Below the pieces are notes generated by a model. It was not told the DNA's origin, did no database searches, and worked only from the letters and a program-made list of their open reading frames with translations. Positions 13,401 through 26,637 of a stretch of DNA of 64,000 nt are shown here, one piece after another. The translations under genes and the position numbers were made by a program. Each line of letters opens with the position of its first letter. Position 1 is the stretch's first letter. Source of the DNA: Lytechinus pictus (Eukaryota); contig NC_087251.1 in assembly GCF_037042905.1 (NCBI RefSeq), positions 7,070,001 through 7,134,000 on the forward strand, in the 5' to 3' direction.

Positions 13401-13972
13401 GCATTAAAATGCAAAGTTACTTTAGTTCCCAAAGTATTACTTTATAATTTGAATTATAAATAAATTGTTGATAAGTGAATGTTTAATACAGACAAGACGT
13501 GATCATCTATAAGACAGGAGCATGATTAGAGAAACTAGTGGATCATGTGGATACACCTATATATGTTATAAAATTGAGTAGCTGTTTTGTTAGATTGTTA
13601 ATAATTGTCAAGTTTTGACTTATTAAAGTTTGGAAATCAGTCTTTATTTATGGGGAGCTGTAAGTTCATTCTCTTAGGACCATGAAAATATGATCAACTT
13701 TAACTTAGAAGTGGTTGATTTCAACCTTTTGGAGGTCGGCTATGGCAGACTTAATAGTAGATTGAAATAGATTGTTTGATGTCCTGAGAAGAGAACACCA
13801 AGTCTGATTTTTTTTGATTTTTTTTTGGGGGGGTTGTTTAGGCAAATATGAAATTCAGATTGAAATATCAAATTTATGTTGGTGTTGATCAACAGTGATG
13901 ATATTATGATACATTAGTAAGTTCTTTCTTTATTAAGCATGTGCATCTTGGTATCGTAGATGTTGATTCAAT

Positions 13973-14559
13973 CCCGGGGGGCCACTTCCATTGACGAGTG
14001 GATACCATGCGCGACCATGGGGCCTCAAAAAGCACCCTAAACACATATTTTCCATACTCTGAAAATGCACCCCTTAACAAGTATTGGCATGTGAAACCCT
14101 ACCCTTAACAAGTATTGGCGTGTGAAACCTACCCTTAACAAGTAATTGAAACAAAACGATGCTACTGGCAAGTACTGTATTCCCTAAATTTGAACAAGTA
14201 CAGCGATATCAATTGTCATGTCACGGACGTCGGTTTACCTTTACCTACATCATTAATGGGTTTAGTACAGCCCCACTCGCGCAAATCGTACTCTAAATAC
14301 GTAGTGTTCACTCTTGGGGCAAAAAATACATCCTTTATAAGACATTTTAGTCTTGATTTTTTATACCCTCGCAAATTTGACCCGAAACACGTAGCGTTCC
14401 TATCGAAAATAGATACCCTTTTTTCATTATTTTAGTGTTTTTGACACCCTTATCACGTTATGTACGTAACGTGCCCTATCTTGAAAAAGACATCCTCTTT
14501 ACGTGTTTTTTTGATCGCGCATGGTATCCACTCGTCAATGTAAGTGGCCCCCCCCCGGG
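13973..14559. mobile_element. MITE with CCCGGG(G)n termini
   Basis: ~40-bp TIR (ggccacttccattgacgagtggataccatgcgcga); flanks GATTCAAT and GATTCAAA; internal acccttaacaagta repeats. Confidence 0.8.
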
Positions 14560-16160
14560 GATTCAAAGAATGTTGACTTGATACTTGCATTTTAACTGCA
14601 GAAAGAAATGAAATGCATATATATTTTGAACTGGAGGGTAGAAACTTGTTGAAATGTTAAATGAAAATTAAAGAGAATTAAATTTTCACTTTGGAAATGT
14701 ACAAGTTCTTTAAAAGCCTAATTTTTTCCCTGAATGTAATAGAGCAATATATTCAGCATTCAGTTGAACAATACTGTTTGAATACAAATCTAAAAAAGAA
14801 ATTGCCAGAAACTGAAATTTTGCTTGACTTTTGCTGAATATTCAAATAGTGTTACCTGACAACATTCAATAATTGCATTGAATTAGTGTAAAAACTCTAT
14901 TGAACTAGTGCTTGAGAAAATTAATTTATCCCAAGAGTACATTTATTGTAAGCAAATAAAGATGTATAAATAACAAGAGGAAAAACGGTCAAATTTCCTT
15001 ATCTATAATCAAGTGTGGTTGAAATGATGTATCACATTAACTACGGAGGGATTTTGTGAATCATCATTTCAGCATACTTGGTTTAAGCTGTTTACATGTT
15101 TTTGAAAATATTTTGTTTTCCATCTTCGCTACTGAAATAATAATCTATATTTGCTGTTCTTTCACAGGTAATCTCAGGATTATAATTTTAAAGCCAATTC
15201 ATGAAGCTGCAGAAAATTTGATATTTGCAAGATGTAGAAGAAAGACAAAGTGCTTTCATACCCTGAAGTAATTTGATGAAATTACTTGTGTATTTCATAT
15301 AATTAGATAACGGTTTGTATTTAAACCAATGTATTATTTACAAAGGGACAAATTTGTGAGGGAAAAGAGGGGAAAAAAGGAAAGAATATACCTGTACTTT
15401 AGACAACAGACTCACATATAAAGTATAAAAAAAAGAAGAGGTTTTGGGTCATGTACCTTATAATCCAACTGAAAAATTGATGTAAATTTTATCATGCCCC
15501 TCCCCCCTCCCTCAAAATATCCCGGCACCAGCTCTGAGGGTAGGACAATATCCGCTCAGCTTGTCATTTGTTAACACGTGGGAATAAGCAGGGGGTAAAA
15601 TTTTTACCATCAAGTGTAGGCCTTGAACTAATGAAATTTATTCTGTAACCTCAATGAGAAAGTATCATAGTTCATTGAATCATATTTTCAAATAATGTAT
15701 GTAGAAATTGTACACATAGGGGACCCCATGTCATAATGAACTACGTGTCAATAACCAAATTTAATCTTATGTGGTGATGATGCCATAATAGTGAAGTGAT
15801 GACTTGTTCAGTCAAATTTCTCCCTCTTTTTTTTTGAGGGGGGGGGGGGTGGGACAGATGATAATTATATTGCATGGCTTTATTTCATGGAATACCAGAA
15901 ATATTTTACTCATCTGCGATTCATGAAATATTTCTGGTATTCCATTCTGAGCCATCCTCCAATATAATATAAATATCATTCAAACAAAAATACAAAATTA
16001 GTACAAATATACACATGTCTAATTCCCCAGTTTATAAAGAACTGTTAGTGATGTTACTAATTCAAATTGATCACAATTTTCAGGATTGATTTCCACTTAT
16101 GATATGGGTGTTGATATCAATCTCAAAGCTATGATTAATTTAAATTGGTCGTGACTTATT

Positions 16161-16586
16161 GGCCTGAATTCACAAAGGTGGTTTTGAAAGCGCACGGTTG
16201 AATCCATGGGTTATGTAGATTTCCTGTATAAATTACGCTTAATTTAGCATGTAACGGGCGCGTGTATAAAAAATGTCCAATGCTGATGCGTCCTTTTGTC
16301 ACAGTGCGCCAAATTAACGCCCGTTACCATGGTTAGATACGCTATTGCATTCATGAGTCCACTGTTTGAAGAGTGGGCTCATTAATTCAAAACAGTGGAC
16401 TCATGAATAAAATAGTGTGGATAACCACGGCAAAAGGCGTCAATTTGGCACACTGTGACAAAAGCGTGCATCAGCATTGGACATTTTTTAATATACGTTG
16501 TAAATTAAGTATAATTTATACAGGAAATCTGCATAATCCATGGACTCAACCGTGGGTTTTCAAAACCACCTTTGTGAATTCGGGCC
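16161..16586. mobile_element. Foldback MITE (~210-bp inverted arms)
   Basis: ggcctgaattcacaaaggtggttttgaaa ... tttcaaaaccacctttgtgaattcgggcc; the arms pair imperfectly all the way to a centre near 16375; ATT on both flanks. Confidence 0.85.
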
Positions 16587-19500
16587 ATTTAGACTGGTCC
16601 CAGAACCAAACTATGGCAAATCAACCAACACAAGAAGACTGCATCAATCAGCTAATGTTTTTACAATGACCAGCTTTTAATCATACAATGTATACAATTT
16701 ACAGGTGTATCAATAGCATTTCTCTTTCTAGCATTCATGTTACTATCACTATGTGATCAATGTAACATGTTCCAGAATATTACACACTAAAATGAAATAA
16801 CAAATATCAAGACAATAATGAAATGAAAACTAGACACAAATAAATCAAATTATATATGCAAATCTCTTTTGGGTGTGACAAAAAAGATTGGACAGAACGA
16901 ATAACAGGAACGAATGAATGCAATGAAATTAAAATTGACTGGATATTCAAGTACCCTTACTTTCACATTTACGATTTCAATAATGGTTGTTGTGAGAGAC
17001 ATATTAATAATAGAGTAGCAAGATATATCTTTAGGACAATTACTTTACAAGTTTTCATGGTCAATATATGCTCATGCTTTCATTAAACTAAAATAGTTTT
17101 CCATTATATCAATCATTAGGTCAATTACCATAGAAATGAAAACTAAGATCACCTTCATTGAAGATGACTACGATCTGATGTGGAAAATAATTCTGAAAAT
17201 ATTTTGGGGATTATTTTAGATTTTTGCTCCTTCAGTGTTTATTGTGAATTTTTGATGTGAGAAAACGGGAGAAAAGGATTGATGGTATTTTTTTTGTATA
17301 GCTCAGATGGACAGAAGTGACTCAATAAAGATAATTTAATGTAGGCCTACATAGCAAAGAATGTTCTTATCATCAAAGCAGAAACCATAGCAAGATTGAA
17401 GTAATAAATAAGACAGGTATAAAACAAACTAATAGTTGAATATAATTTTGATTGAATATGCACACATCGCATTAACATTATGCTACATGCACAAATCTAC
17501 AATAATGATTCTTGATTTTACACTGCTTATGTACGATCATTGTGAATGGAATTCAAGCATATAAAGCAAATGTACACCAATGTACACAGAGAAACTAAAT
17601 AGTCACTTTCTTGAAGGTTTTTAACAAAATGTAATAAGATTTTTTATTATCATTTCCAAATGATTCACACACTCGACCAGCTTGAACTGATATAATCACA
17701 AAACATCAAGTTTCCTTTAATGAAAACAACAAAATTCAGAGCAAAATACAGAGTATAAATCAAAGGCGCAATTCCACTATTAATCTTTAGAAACATCTTA
17801 AACATTTTCTCTCCAATTTAAATCATATTAGCAATGTGAAGAGTTTCATTTGATTTTTGTATGTTTTCAGAAACAAAATTTGCTTCTATCATTTCATTTC
17901 ACATATCTTTGAAAGGAGGAGGGAAATGCAAAACTTGATTCCTTAAAAATATCATTTGCAATACTAATAACTCAGTGCTAACCCTTAATTATAATTTCAT
18001 TGATTGCAAGTTATTACTATCCTAGTTATTTCATAAAAAATCACACTGAAGTTGCTAAAGAAACCAATATCCACTGTGCAGAATATAACTAAACCAAATT
18101 ATAGAAACAGCACAAGAAAAGGAAATGATTTGTTAACATGTTTTAATGGCCTTGTATACACTAAACCATTGTTCTTGGAATTTAAAAGCAAAATCAAAAG
18201 GCTGTTTGTTTGAGGTTCTTGCCTGGTTGAGCAAGCTAAATTCTGAAATAGTTAAAAAGACATTTTCAGCTTTAGAACTATTCAAGAATGATACGAGCTT
18301 AAAAGTTCTGCACCAATACTTGCTATAAAAAAGGAAGAATGATCAAGCATGTGTCAGTCCATTTTCAATGGCATTTTAAAATGACGTTTTGTCAACAATT
18401 CTGTGTTATTTTCATAACTGAATGTAAGGGAAAAAAAACTCAATAACGAAAACAATTAATTTGAAGTTTTTACCTGCTCAGTTTTGGCAATCAAAATTTG
18501 TCTCTGCTCTGAAAAACAAGTCAGAAAACTCCTTTCAGTTACTCTGGCAATCAGGTCAGTACATGAGTTAAAACATATATATAGATATACATGTATGAAC
18601 CAAGAACACCATTTAATCATTAACAACAAAATAAATGCTGTTCTTATTCATTGATTTAACTGTTATGGTAGAGCCTGTAGTACAAGCACAAATATAAATG
18701 TCTACACAGCAGAGGATCAATTAGATATGTACTGTAGGTAAAAAGTATCATTAAGTGATATGCTTACCATGATAGCATACAGGTCTAAGATGGTATTACA
18801 CATCCTAGTGAAAGCTTCTAACCATCATTGTGGGTGAGCACCAATATAATGTTCAATTTAAACCTTCACCAGGAAGAATAATACTTATTTACTTGTCAAA
18901 TGCAGTTGAGCCATTCAACTTTCCATGCCAACACATAGGAATGATGCCATGCATTATATGGAACACATGCTATGGAGCAACATTTTTACACCCATTTCTG
19001 ACATGAAAAAAGGGGAATATAACCGACATTGACAACTTACAAAATATGAACTTGAATCAACTCGATTGAAAAACACAAACTGATTGTTAAGCATGTAATT
19101 TTGGCTAAAAAAAAGTAAAAATTATGATGCTTTCCATACCAAATCAGCTTGGCATATTAATTTTACACTTCCTCCAAAATTCACACAAACTGATAACTAT
19201 TTCAGTATCGTTAGATTTAAAGAAAACTATCATCTTGATGAAAACATTATTAATTTCCTTACCCTAGATTTCTAACATTCTCGGCAACTTTGGTAACAAG
19301 ACAGTATTAAAAGATTTAAAGAAAAATTATATTAATTTCCGGCTACTCTCAACTCTTTATTGTGTTATTCAATTCATAGGTCCATTGTGAATAGTGGCAA
19401 TGGTATACAAGCCTCTTCAGTAAACGTCCTTGTTAAAGATCTATTTTAATTTTGAATGAATTTATTACAAACCAATGTTAAAATGTTTCTTTGTATTTTT

Positions 19501-20874
19501 TCATATCAACAGTTGTTTTAATTGGTTACATTGCTTATATCCTTTTACCTAACACTACTTAATCATACATAACTTCAACATCAACAACAATCAAAATATA
19601 AATATAGATCTATATAATTTCACTATATCATCTCTCCTCCCCTTCCATTTGCCCTGCCTTGAAAGCATGCCTCTCTTCTGTTTCCAAACATACATGTAGC
19701 TGCAGTAGCTAGAAAGGGAATACAAACTCTGTAAATCTCTTTAAATTTGCACTAGGAAGGTCACACTGATCAGAATTCCTCTCAAAATCTGCAGGTCGTT
19801 ATCATATGAGATCTCTTTTAAAGGTAGAGCATCATTCATTTTATAACAAAATAACCTTAGTCTGGATAAGGTGTTTGTAGCACATGTTGTAATTGTAAGT
19901 GAGAGACAGAGAAGTGGGGTGGGTTGTAATTTTTGTTTTCTTTAAAAATGAAAGTGTAAAAATATCATCATCTTGTCTGCAAATCAGAAATCTTATTTCA
20001 AAGTCATACTGAAACAATTAAGCTTTCAATATACTATTAATATTGACTTTAGAAATTACTTGTAACAAATAAGCTTTCAAAAATAAGTCCACTGGCTGTG
20101 ATGTTTTCAATGAATGATACTACCTTTAAAATCCACTACACAAATATTTCCGTCACCTGATCTCGAATACTGCTTCTGATAACAGCAACATATGGCAGAT
20201 ATATGGGACAATGCACCTGGTTTCAATATGGATGAGGCCTATATGCAATGCATTCAAAACAGGACAATGTGTACTAGAGTGGCATGGGGTTATTATCTCA
20301 TACACATAACCAGCATATTACACGTTTGTTAGGCGTGGGTATATCAGTTTACACACACTTGGTCTAAAACCACTTGGTCTAATTACCAGAAAGGTTAACT
20401 TCATTCAGGCTACACCCTTTTGGTCTATATTTCATTTTGTCTAATGAGCACTTGGTCTAATTACCAGAAGGCATGAAGACCACTTGAGTTAATAATCACT
20501 TGGTCTAAACCATTTTGTCTTAATAGCCCAAAAGAAAAATAATTTAGCACATTGAGACTACATTAAATTAGGCAAACTGGATAGTAGACAAACTATTTCT
20601 GAGGCCAAGAGGAAATTAGACAGAATGTTAAATAGATGAACTAGGGTAATTCAATGGAGTTGTCAGCACTGACTAATTTGTCAGAGCTTGACAATTTCAG
20701 TGAAATCCTTGATTATGATTGGCTGACAAGCACAGTTTCACTCAGATAATAACAACTTGTAAATGTTCACAAACCTACAGTGCCCTGGTTGTAGAGAAAT
20801 GAAGATAGACCATATAGAGTCTTACAAACTGGTGTGTTAGACCAAGAGGATAGAGACCAGTGTTGATAGTGTAT

Positions 20875-21122
20875 CTAGGTTTCTACTGCATCAGGGGGCG
20901 TCCTACCGGGCTGGGTATCTCTGGTGTAATACACTCGATAGTAGAGTACTTTAGATCTGAAGAGTGAGTAGGAGTTGTCAAACTTAAGCAGATATATACC
21001 CCTTCCAGGGTACTTATGACTGCCAGCATACACCTCTTGGTGGCAGTCTCGTCTGTAGATTGGAATGATCTCATCCATAGGGGGCCCCCTATCCTTCGTT
21101 CCACGCTCGATATCACTCTTAC
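20875..21122 (-). CDS. ACBD3: ACBD3 terminal exon 9 ([52 protein letters not shown]...)
   Basis: GOLD-domain C-terminus; ctgcAG acceptor; TAG stop at 20877-20875. The nine exons sum to 1476 nt, i.e. 491 aa plus stop. Confidence 0.95.
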
Positions 21123-21757
21123 CTGCAGAATACAGTAAAGATGATCAGGGATATATGGGTCAATCAGACCTCATTTAATTTTACGATTTAAATTCAAGGT
21201 TTGTTGAGGTATGTAGTAACTAGTATGGGATCTGTTTTGGCCATGAAAACACTTTTGGTTATAATACAGTGTATTTAGAGATGATATACCCAGAAAAAAT
21301 ATAATGTAATGCAATTTCATTTACAAAGCAAAGATACATAACTTCAAATTACCGGTAAAATCTACAAATGATATTTTGGATAGATGTACGTTTTCAATTG
21401 TTTCTTTCATCTATCAAAAGAAATTTTGGATATAATTATAATTGGAAGTTTATTCCATTATAATCCTGCAAAAATCCTCTAAATATTCAAGCTCCTACTG
21501 CAGCTTACTGGATAACAGAATTAAAAGATATCCTTACTTACAGGATTCTAAACATTCTGGACTGCAGGGTGATATGGCTTAACAATGAAAATGAAAATTT
21601 GCTAGCTCCATGTGGTATATTGCAAGGAAGCAAAGTGGGTTTGATTATAAAAAGAATGTGTCTAGAAGTAAAGCACAAGTAAACACATGATTAAAATCCA
21701 TTTTCTCTATTTTTTTATATCCCCCATCTTTTCAGAAATAGGAAGGATTTATCTTAC

Positions 21758-22063
21758 CTCCTCCTCCTTCTTCATCTTCAAACTCTTCTTCATCCTCGCT
21801 AGAATCACTAACATGGACACTGATTGCGTTACTCTCAGCCTCCGTCCATTCAAAGTAGAGACCAAAGCCGATATCATAGCTATCTGTTGCAAACTCCCAA
21901 AAGATATACTTTCCTTCTTGATGTGTAGGTACTCTGACGGTGACAGTCTCACCGTGTCCAACCTTTATTACAGACTCTTTCTCTGATACAAGCTCTTTCT
22001 TGAATTCTTTGATGTTTTTACGTGTCCAGCATGATGCCTTGCAGATTACTGGATATTGGTCCT
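21758..22063 (-). CDS. ACBD3: ACBD3 exon 8 ([10 protein letters not shown] and GOLD domain: [14 protein letters not shown]...[19 protein letters not shown])
   Basis: Diagnostic GCP60 GOLD-domain sequence; tttacAG acceptor, GAG|GTAAGA donor, 306 nt, phase 1-1. Confidence 0.95.
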
Positions 22064-22929
22064 CTGTAAATCAGTAAATATCATAAAAACAACAATTTTA
22101 AATGATACTTATACTACATACATGGATTATACTACATATTCGTCTTGATGTAATACTGATGAGAACTTGGTACAATTTCATGAAAATCAACTTTCACTGA
22201 CAGTTTTAGTGAAATCACTGGGTTTGATCGACTGAGAAGCAGTTGATCCTACCAATAAATGACAGCCGGTCAGTCATTGCACTAAAAAGAGTTTTAAACA
22301 CACATTCCTTTTTACCAATAAGAGAGTGATTACCTTGTATTTTTTTCAAATTTGTTTTTATACGAGAGACTTTCTATAATGAATTATCGTAATATTTGGC
22401 AAGTAAACATTGGCAAAATAGGCTACTCATCTTCAAAACTACTTAATATACTATTACTAGGGCAAAGATTCACAAAACCTTCATCAGCACAAATATACCT
22501 ACAACACACTGCAATGCATGTAATAAAGTAATGTGGGCTCCAATAAAAACATATAGGTCAATGCTTACAGATATTAATTTCACTTGCTGTTCACACTTAA
22601 ATAAGTTTCTTAAATTCCAAGTCTAAAAGTTGCCCCTTCAATATGAATTACTTGATATTATATTCAATGTCATGAATGACAAACATATCAGCTTGCAATT
22701 TAACTCTCACTGTCATACTAGACTATCCCACCAAACACACTAAATCAAGATTAGTTGATTTATATATCATGAGAAATAAATACTTTAAATGGCTTCCTCA
22801 CTCATTCAAGCAAATTATCAAATCTCTGGGTTTAACTTTATTTTTATAATTTTTTTGGTTAAATAATTGTGAATTTCAATCTATTGATATTTCAAGTAAG
22901 ATTGCATGAATGTAGTAATTAGTTCTTAC

Positions 22930-23061
22930 CATCACTGTTGAGGGGAATATTATTAATATCTCCATTGGGAGGGGCAGCATCACCTTGATCACCCAGCTGT
23001 AAGTGGCTAAGATCTTGTGCTAGTGTGTTAGGAGATGTCCCATCTTGTGGAGGTGCTCCCT
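22930..23061 (-). CDS. ACBD3: ACBD3 exon 7 (disordered linker EGAPPQDGTSPN...PLNSD)
   Basis: tttttgcAG acceptor, GTAAGA donor, 132 nt, phase 1-1, open frame. It is poorly conserved, so support comes from splice sites and frame only. Confidence 0.78.
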
Positions 23062-23321
23062 CTGCAAAAACAAAGAAAGAATGAAAAATCTTTCAGTTGT
23101 TGTTCTTAACATAAAAATGAATTCGGTGAAAAAAAAGTATGTTGTACTTCAATTCATAGCCTGTTTAATAATACTTTAAGTGATAAGGTACATTTTTCTT
23201 ATAATAAATTATACAAATAGTAATTTGATATCCCTCAGCATGATTACCATTTCCCTTAAGCTCGTCGCACACTATACAATCCAATACAATTTTTTTTTCA
23301 ATAAATCGCATTTTGCTTTAA

Positions 23322-23890
23322 AGTGATCATTTCACTTTGTTCTGATTTAAAAAATTCTCCTTTTGATTCCTGAAAATGGGCTAAACATTAGGCTTATAGT
23401 GTAAAAATACCATCCCAAAAGTTTCAAAGTATTATATTTACAGGATCAATTTTAAAACCTTGGAGATGTAAACCAAAGTTTGAAATAATTGGGAGTTGGT
23501 TTCAATGACTATGTGTATACAGGGAATCTGTGCACCACAACACATTAATTCTAGATGAACACAGCATGACCTACATACAGTGTGTACAAGGTATACACTG
23601 AATGTACAGTGCAGCTAATGGTGTGTGTATAGGAGATACACAACAGAAGGCAGTCAAAATAGCCAACGGACTTTTTGAATTGGAGAAAACTGGTCATAAG
23701 CTGAACCCGTCTACTAGACGGTTCTCAAAATCAGGCTAATAAATTGCTACTTGTATCTAAATTAGAGTTTTTCATCCTATATTGTGGTCTGTTTCAGGGT
23801 TTTTTAGGACAAATACAGGCACTCATACGCACGTTTCAACTCAGTTTGAGAATTTTTTTAATCAGCTGCTCACAAAGTTAGACGATCCCT
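23322..23890. mobile_element. TTAA-flanked non-autonomous element (Kolobok-like)
   Basis: TTAA-agtgatcatttcactttgt ... acaaagttagacgatccct-TTAA. Confidence 0.6.
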
Positions 23891-24254
23891 TTAAATGTGA
23901 AAGTTCCAAGAAGTAAAATTATTTATTTGAAGTTCGGCATAATGTTAGCAATAATAAAATCATTATATTGCTTTGCGGCAAGCCCTGTGGTCGGAGAAAA
24001 ACCAAAAGTCGCAGCCAATGATGACGCCATTACAAATTGGAATTGAATTTTCTATCATTCCTACAGGGAGGCTCCAACTAGAATGAATTTCGATTTCAGT
24101 CGTCCTGCGACTATTCAGAACTTTCTATTCTGATCACTAAGATTTTATTGGTTGGAATGCTCATATCAATTGTTATTTATAATTTCTTTTAAATTCAGAT
24201 TGCAACGAGTTGTATAGAGTGAGCTGGGCTATGGAAGTAAACCCTGGTTTATAC

Positions 24255-24396
24255 CTGTTTGGTTTTCCATCGTTAATGATGGGGCAGTATGATTGTGTAA
24301 TTGTTGTTGCTGCTGTTGCTGGTATTGTGCTTGTTGGATCTGTTGCATGTACTGCTGATAATAGTGCTCTTGAAGTTGTTGCAGGAAAACTTGTTG
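24255..24396 (-). CDS. ACBD3: ACBD3 exon 6 (Q-domain helix 2: QQVFLQQLQEHYYQQYMQQ...)
   Basis: tttcAG acceptor, CAG|GTATAA donor, 142 nt, phase 0-1; contains the conserved QLQExxYQQYMQQ motif. Confidence 0.9.
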
Positions 24397-25679
24397 CTGA
24401 AACAAACAACAAATGAAACGAAAGTTTATCAAACATAATATCAACTGTTGGTTCATAGCTTAATTTGATATTTTTATGCCATTTGATAAGAGAGTGAATT
24501 CATGGAATAAATTCACGAAGGGTTTATTTCAACCATCTTCCCTTTCTTTATACTTCTCTTTGTTTCAGCACAGACATTCAGTACAGAAATCAATTATGAT
24601 AAAAAATTATATTATCATACCATTATACAAGCACAGACAATTTAAGCCCATTAATAGTGCACTTTAAAAACCTGAGAGGTTTAAACAACATGTATGGTTT
24701 ATGAAAATTCACTTTTGAGAATTTAGGCCAACATTTCAAATATTGAGTGGACTAAGGACTATAACCGCACTTATACCCTAAACTTGATTCAACTGTTATT
24801 TATCTTTTCCAAGATTAAGTTCTGATTAAAATGCTAATAAAGGGAAACAAAAGACAAACAAGAATTTTAATAAGAAACCATTTACCACACAGAATAGATA
24901 TATATACAGAGGAACAAAAACAATAATACAAGAAGAATGAAATGATAAAAACTCAATTCACTGAAGCCATTGAAGAACATATATTTTATCTGAATTTAAT
25001 GAAGCATTGATTGATCTATTCAGAGCATGTTTCTGATAAATGTACAGTTGACTAAATTCTACAGCTTAAATGACTTTGTGGACATCTTTTATTGCAACCA
25101 TAAGCGACCAGTACACTGTTATGGCACATTTCTTCATGTATACAGTGGTTTTAACCATGCCATTGTCCCAGCTTAGTCTAATGCTACCTCTAGTTTGAGG
25201 AATTGTCACAATAAATTGAGAAAAACAGACAGCTCCATTCAGTTTACACCTGTACCTAGCATTTTCTTGCAATAACTTGACTTTGCAGACTACTTTGCAT
25301 CGATATACAGTAGGCACATGAGGTGTTGATTTTTTTACTCTATTTTGCAGCAGATTTCATGAGTTCACAATCACAAAAAATGGCACTTCCTGTATACATA
25401 GCCATTGCTATAAATGAAATTAATTAACCCCAAAACTTGAATATACTGGATCAGTGAAATGAAACAAAAATCATGATATGAAATAATGCAACATACACCC
25501 CCCCCCCCATAATAGAATGTAAGTTGTCACATCTCAACAGGAGCCAAGGGTGATGGAGGAGGTAGAGTGGCTGAACAACCGCTGGAATTTGGACGAGATT
25601 GCATAGCATCACGATTTCAAGTCAGTGACCCCATTTCCAGCCCCACTTTGCCATTCCCCCACCCCCACTTTCATGAAAG

Positions 25680-26637
25680 AACAAGTGGAATGCCTCTGGC
25701 CGTCTCACCTGCATCACGCGATTCAATATAGCAGCAGTGCTGATTTTGAAAACTACTATAACTCGCACAAGATGTTCAGTGATACTTGGTTACTCTTATT
25801 TCCACGTTTTATGAACTAGACCAATACACTTATAGAGATATGATGGCAATTCAACAAATACCCCCAACGTGGCCAAAGTTCTTTGACCTTACATGACCTT
25901 TGACCTTGATCATGTGACCTGAAACTCGCACAGGATGTTCAGTGATACTTGATTACTATTATGTCCAAGTTTTATGAACTAGACCAACACACTTTCAAAT
26001 TTATGGCTGTAATTCAACAAATACCCCAATTTGGCCAAAGTTCATTGACCCTAAATGACCTTTGACCTTGATCATGTGACCTGAAACTTGCACAGGATGT
26101 TCAGTAATACTTGATTACTATTATGTCCAAGTTTCATGAATCAGATCCATAAACTTTCAAAGTTATGATGGTAATTCAACAGATACCCCCAATTCGGCCA
26201 AAGTTCATTGACCCTAAATGACCTTTGACCTTGGTCATGTGATGTGAAACTCATGCAGGATGTTCAGTGATACTTGATTAACCTTATGTATAAGTTTCAT
26301 GAACTAGGTCCATATATTTTCTAAGTTATGATGACATTTCAAAAACTTAACCTTAGGTTAAGATTTTGATGTTGATTCCCCCAACATGGTCTAAGTTCAT
26401 TGACCCTAAATGACCTTTGACCTTGGTCATGTGACATGAAACTCAGGCAGGATGTTCAGTAATACTTGATTAACCTTATGGCCAAGTTTCATGAACTAGG
26501 TCCATATACTTTCTAAGTTATGCTGTCATTTCAAAAACTTAACCTCAGGTTAAGATTTGGTGTTGACGCCGCCGCCGCCGTCGCCGTCGGAAAAGCGGCG
26601 CCTATAGTCTCACTCTGCTATGCAGGTGAGACAAAAA
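25680..26637. mobile_element. Helentron/HINE-like non-autonomous element with ~130-bp internal tandem array, copy 1
   Basis: Starts AACAAGTGGA..GTCTCACCTGCAT; units contain gacctttgaccttggtcatgtgacctgaaactc; has a (GCC)n tract; ends in the hairpin GTCTCACTCTGC-TAT-GCAGGTGAGAC plus an A run. Confidence 0.75.

Noticed and set aside
25625..25819. Repeated peptide VExLWxSHLHxAIQxSSSAxFENYY (also at 38113-38334)
   Set aside because: It is a translation of the HINE-like 5' terminus; start and stop positions are not shared between copies.
25800..26560. Regularly spaced repeats resembling a CRISPR array
   Set aside because: The whole ~130-bp units are homologous with no unique spacers, the context is eukaryotic, and there are no cas genes.
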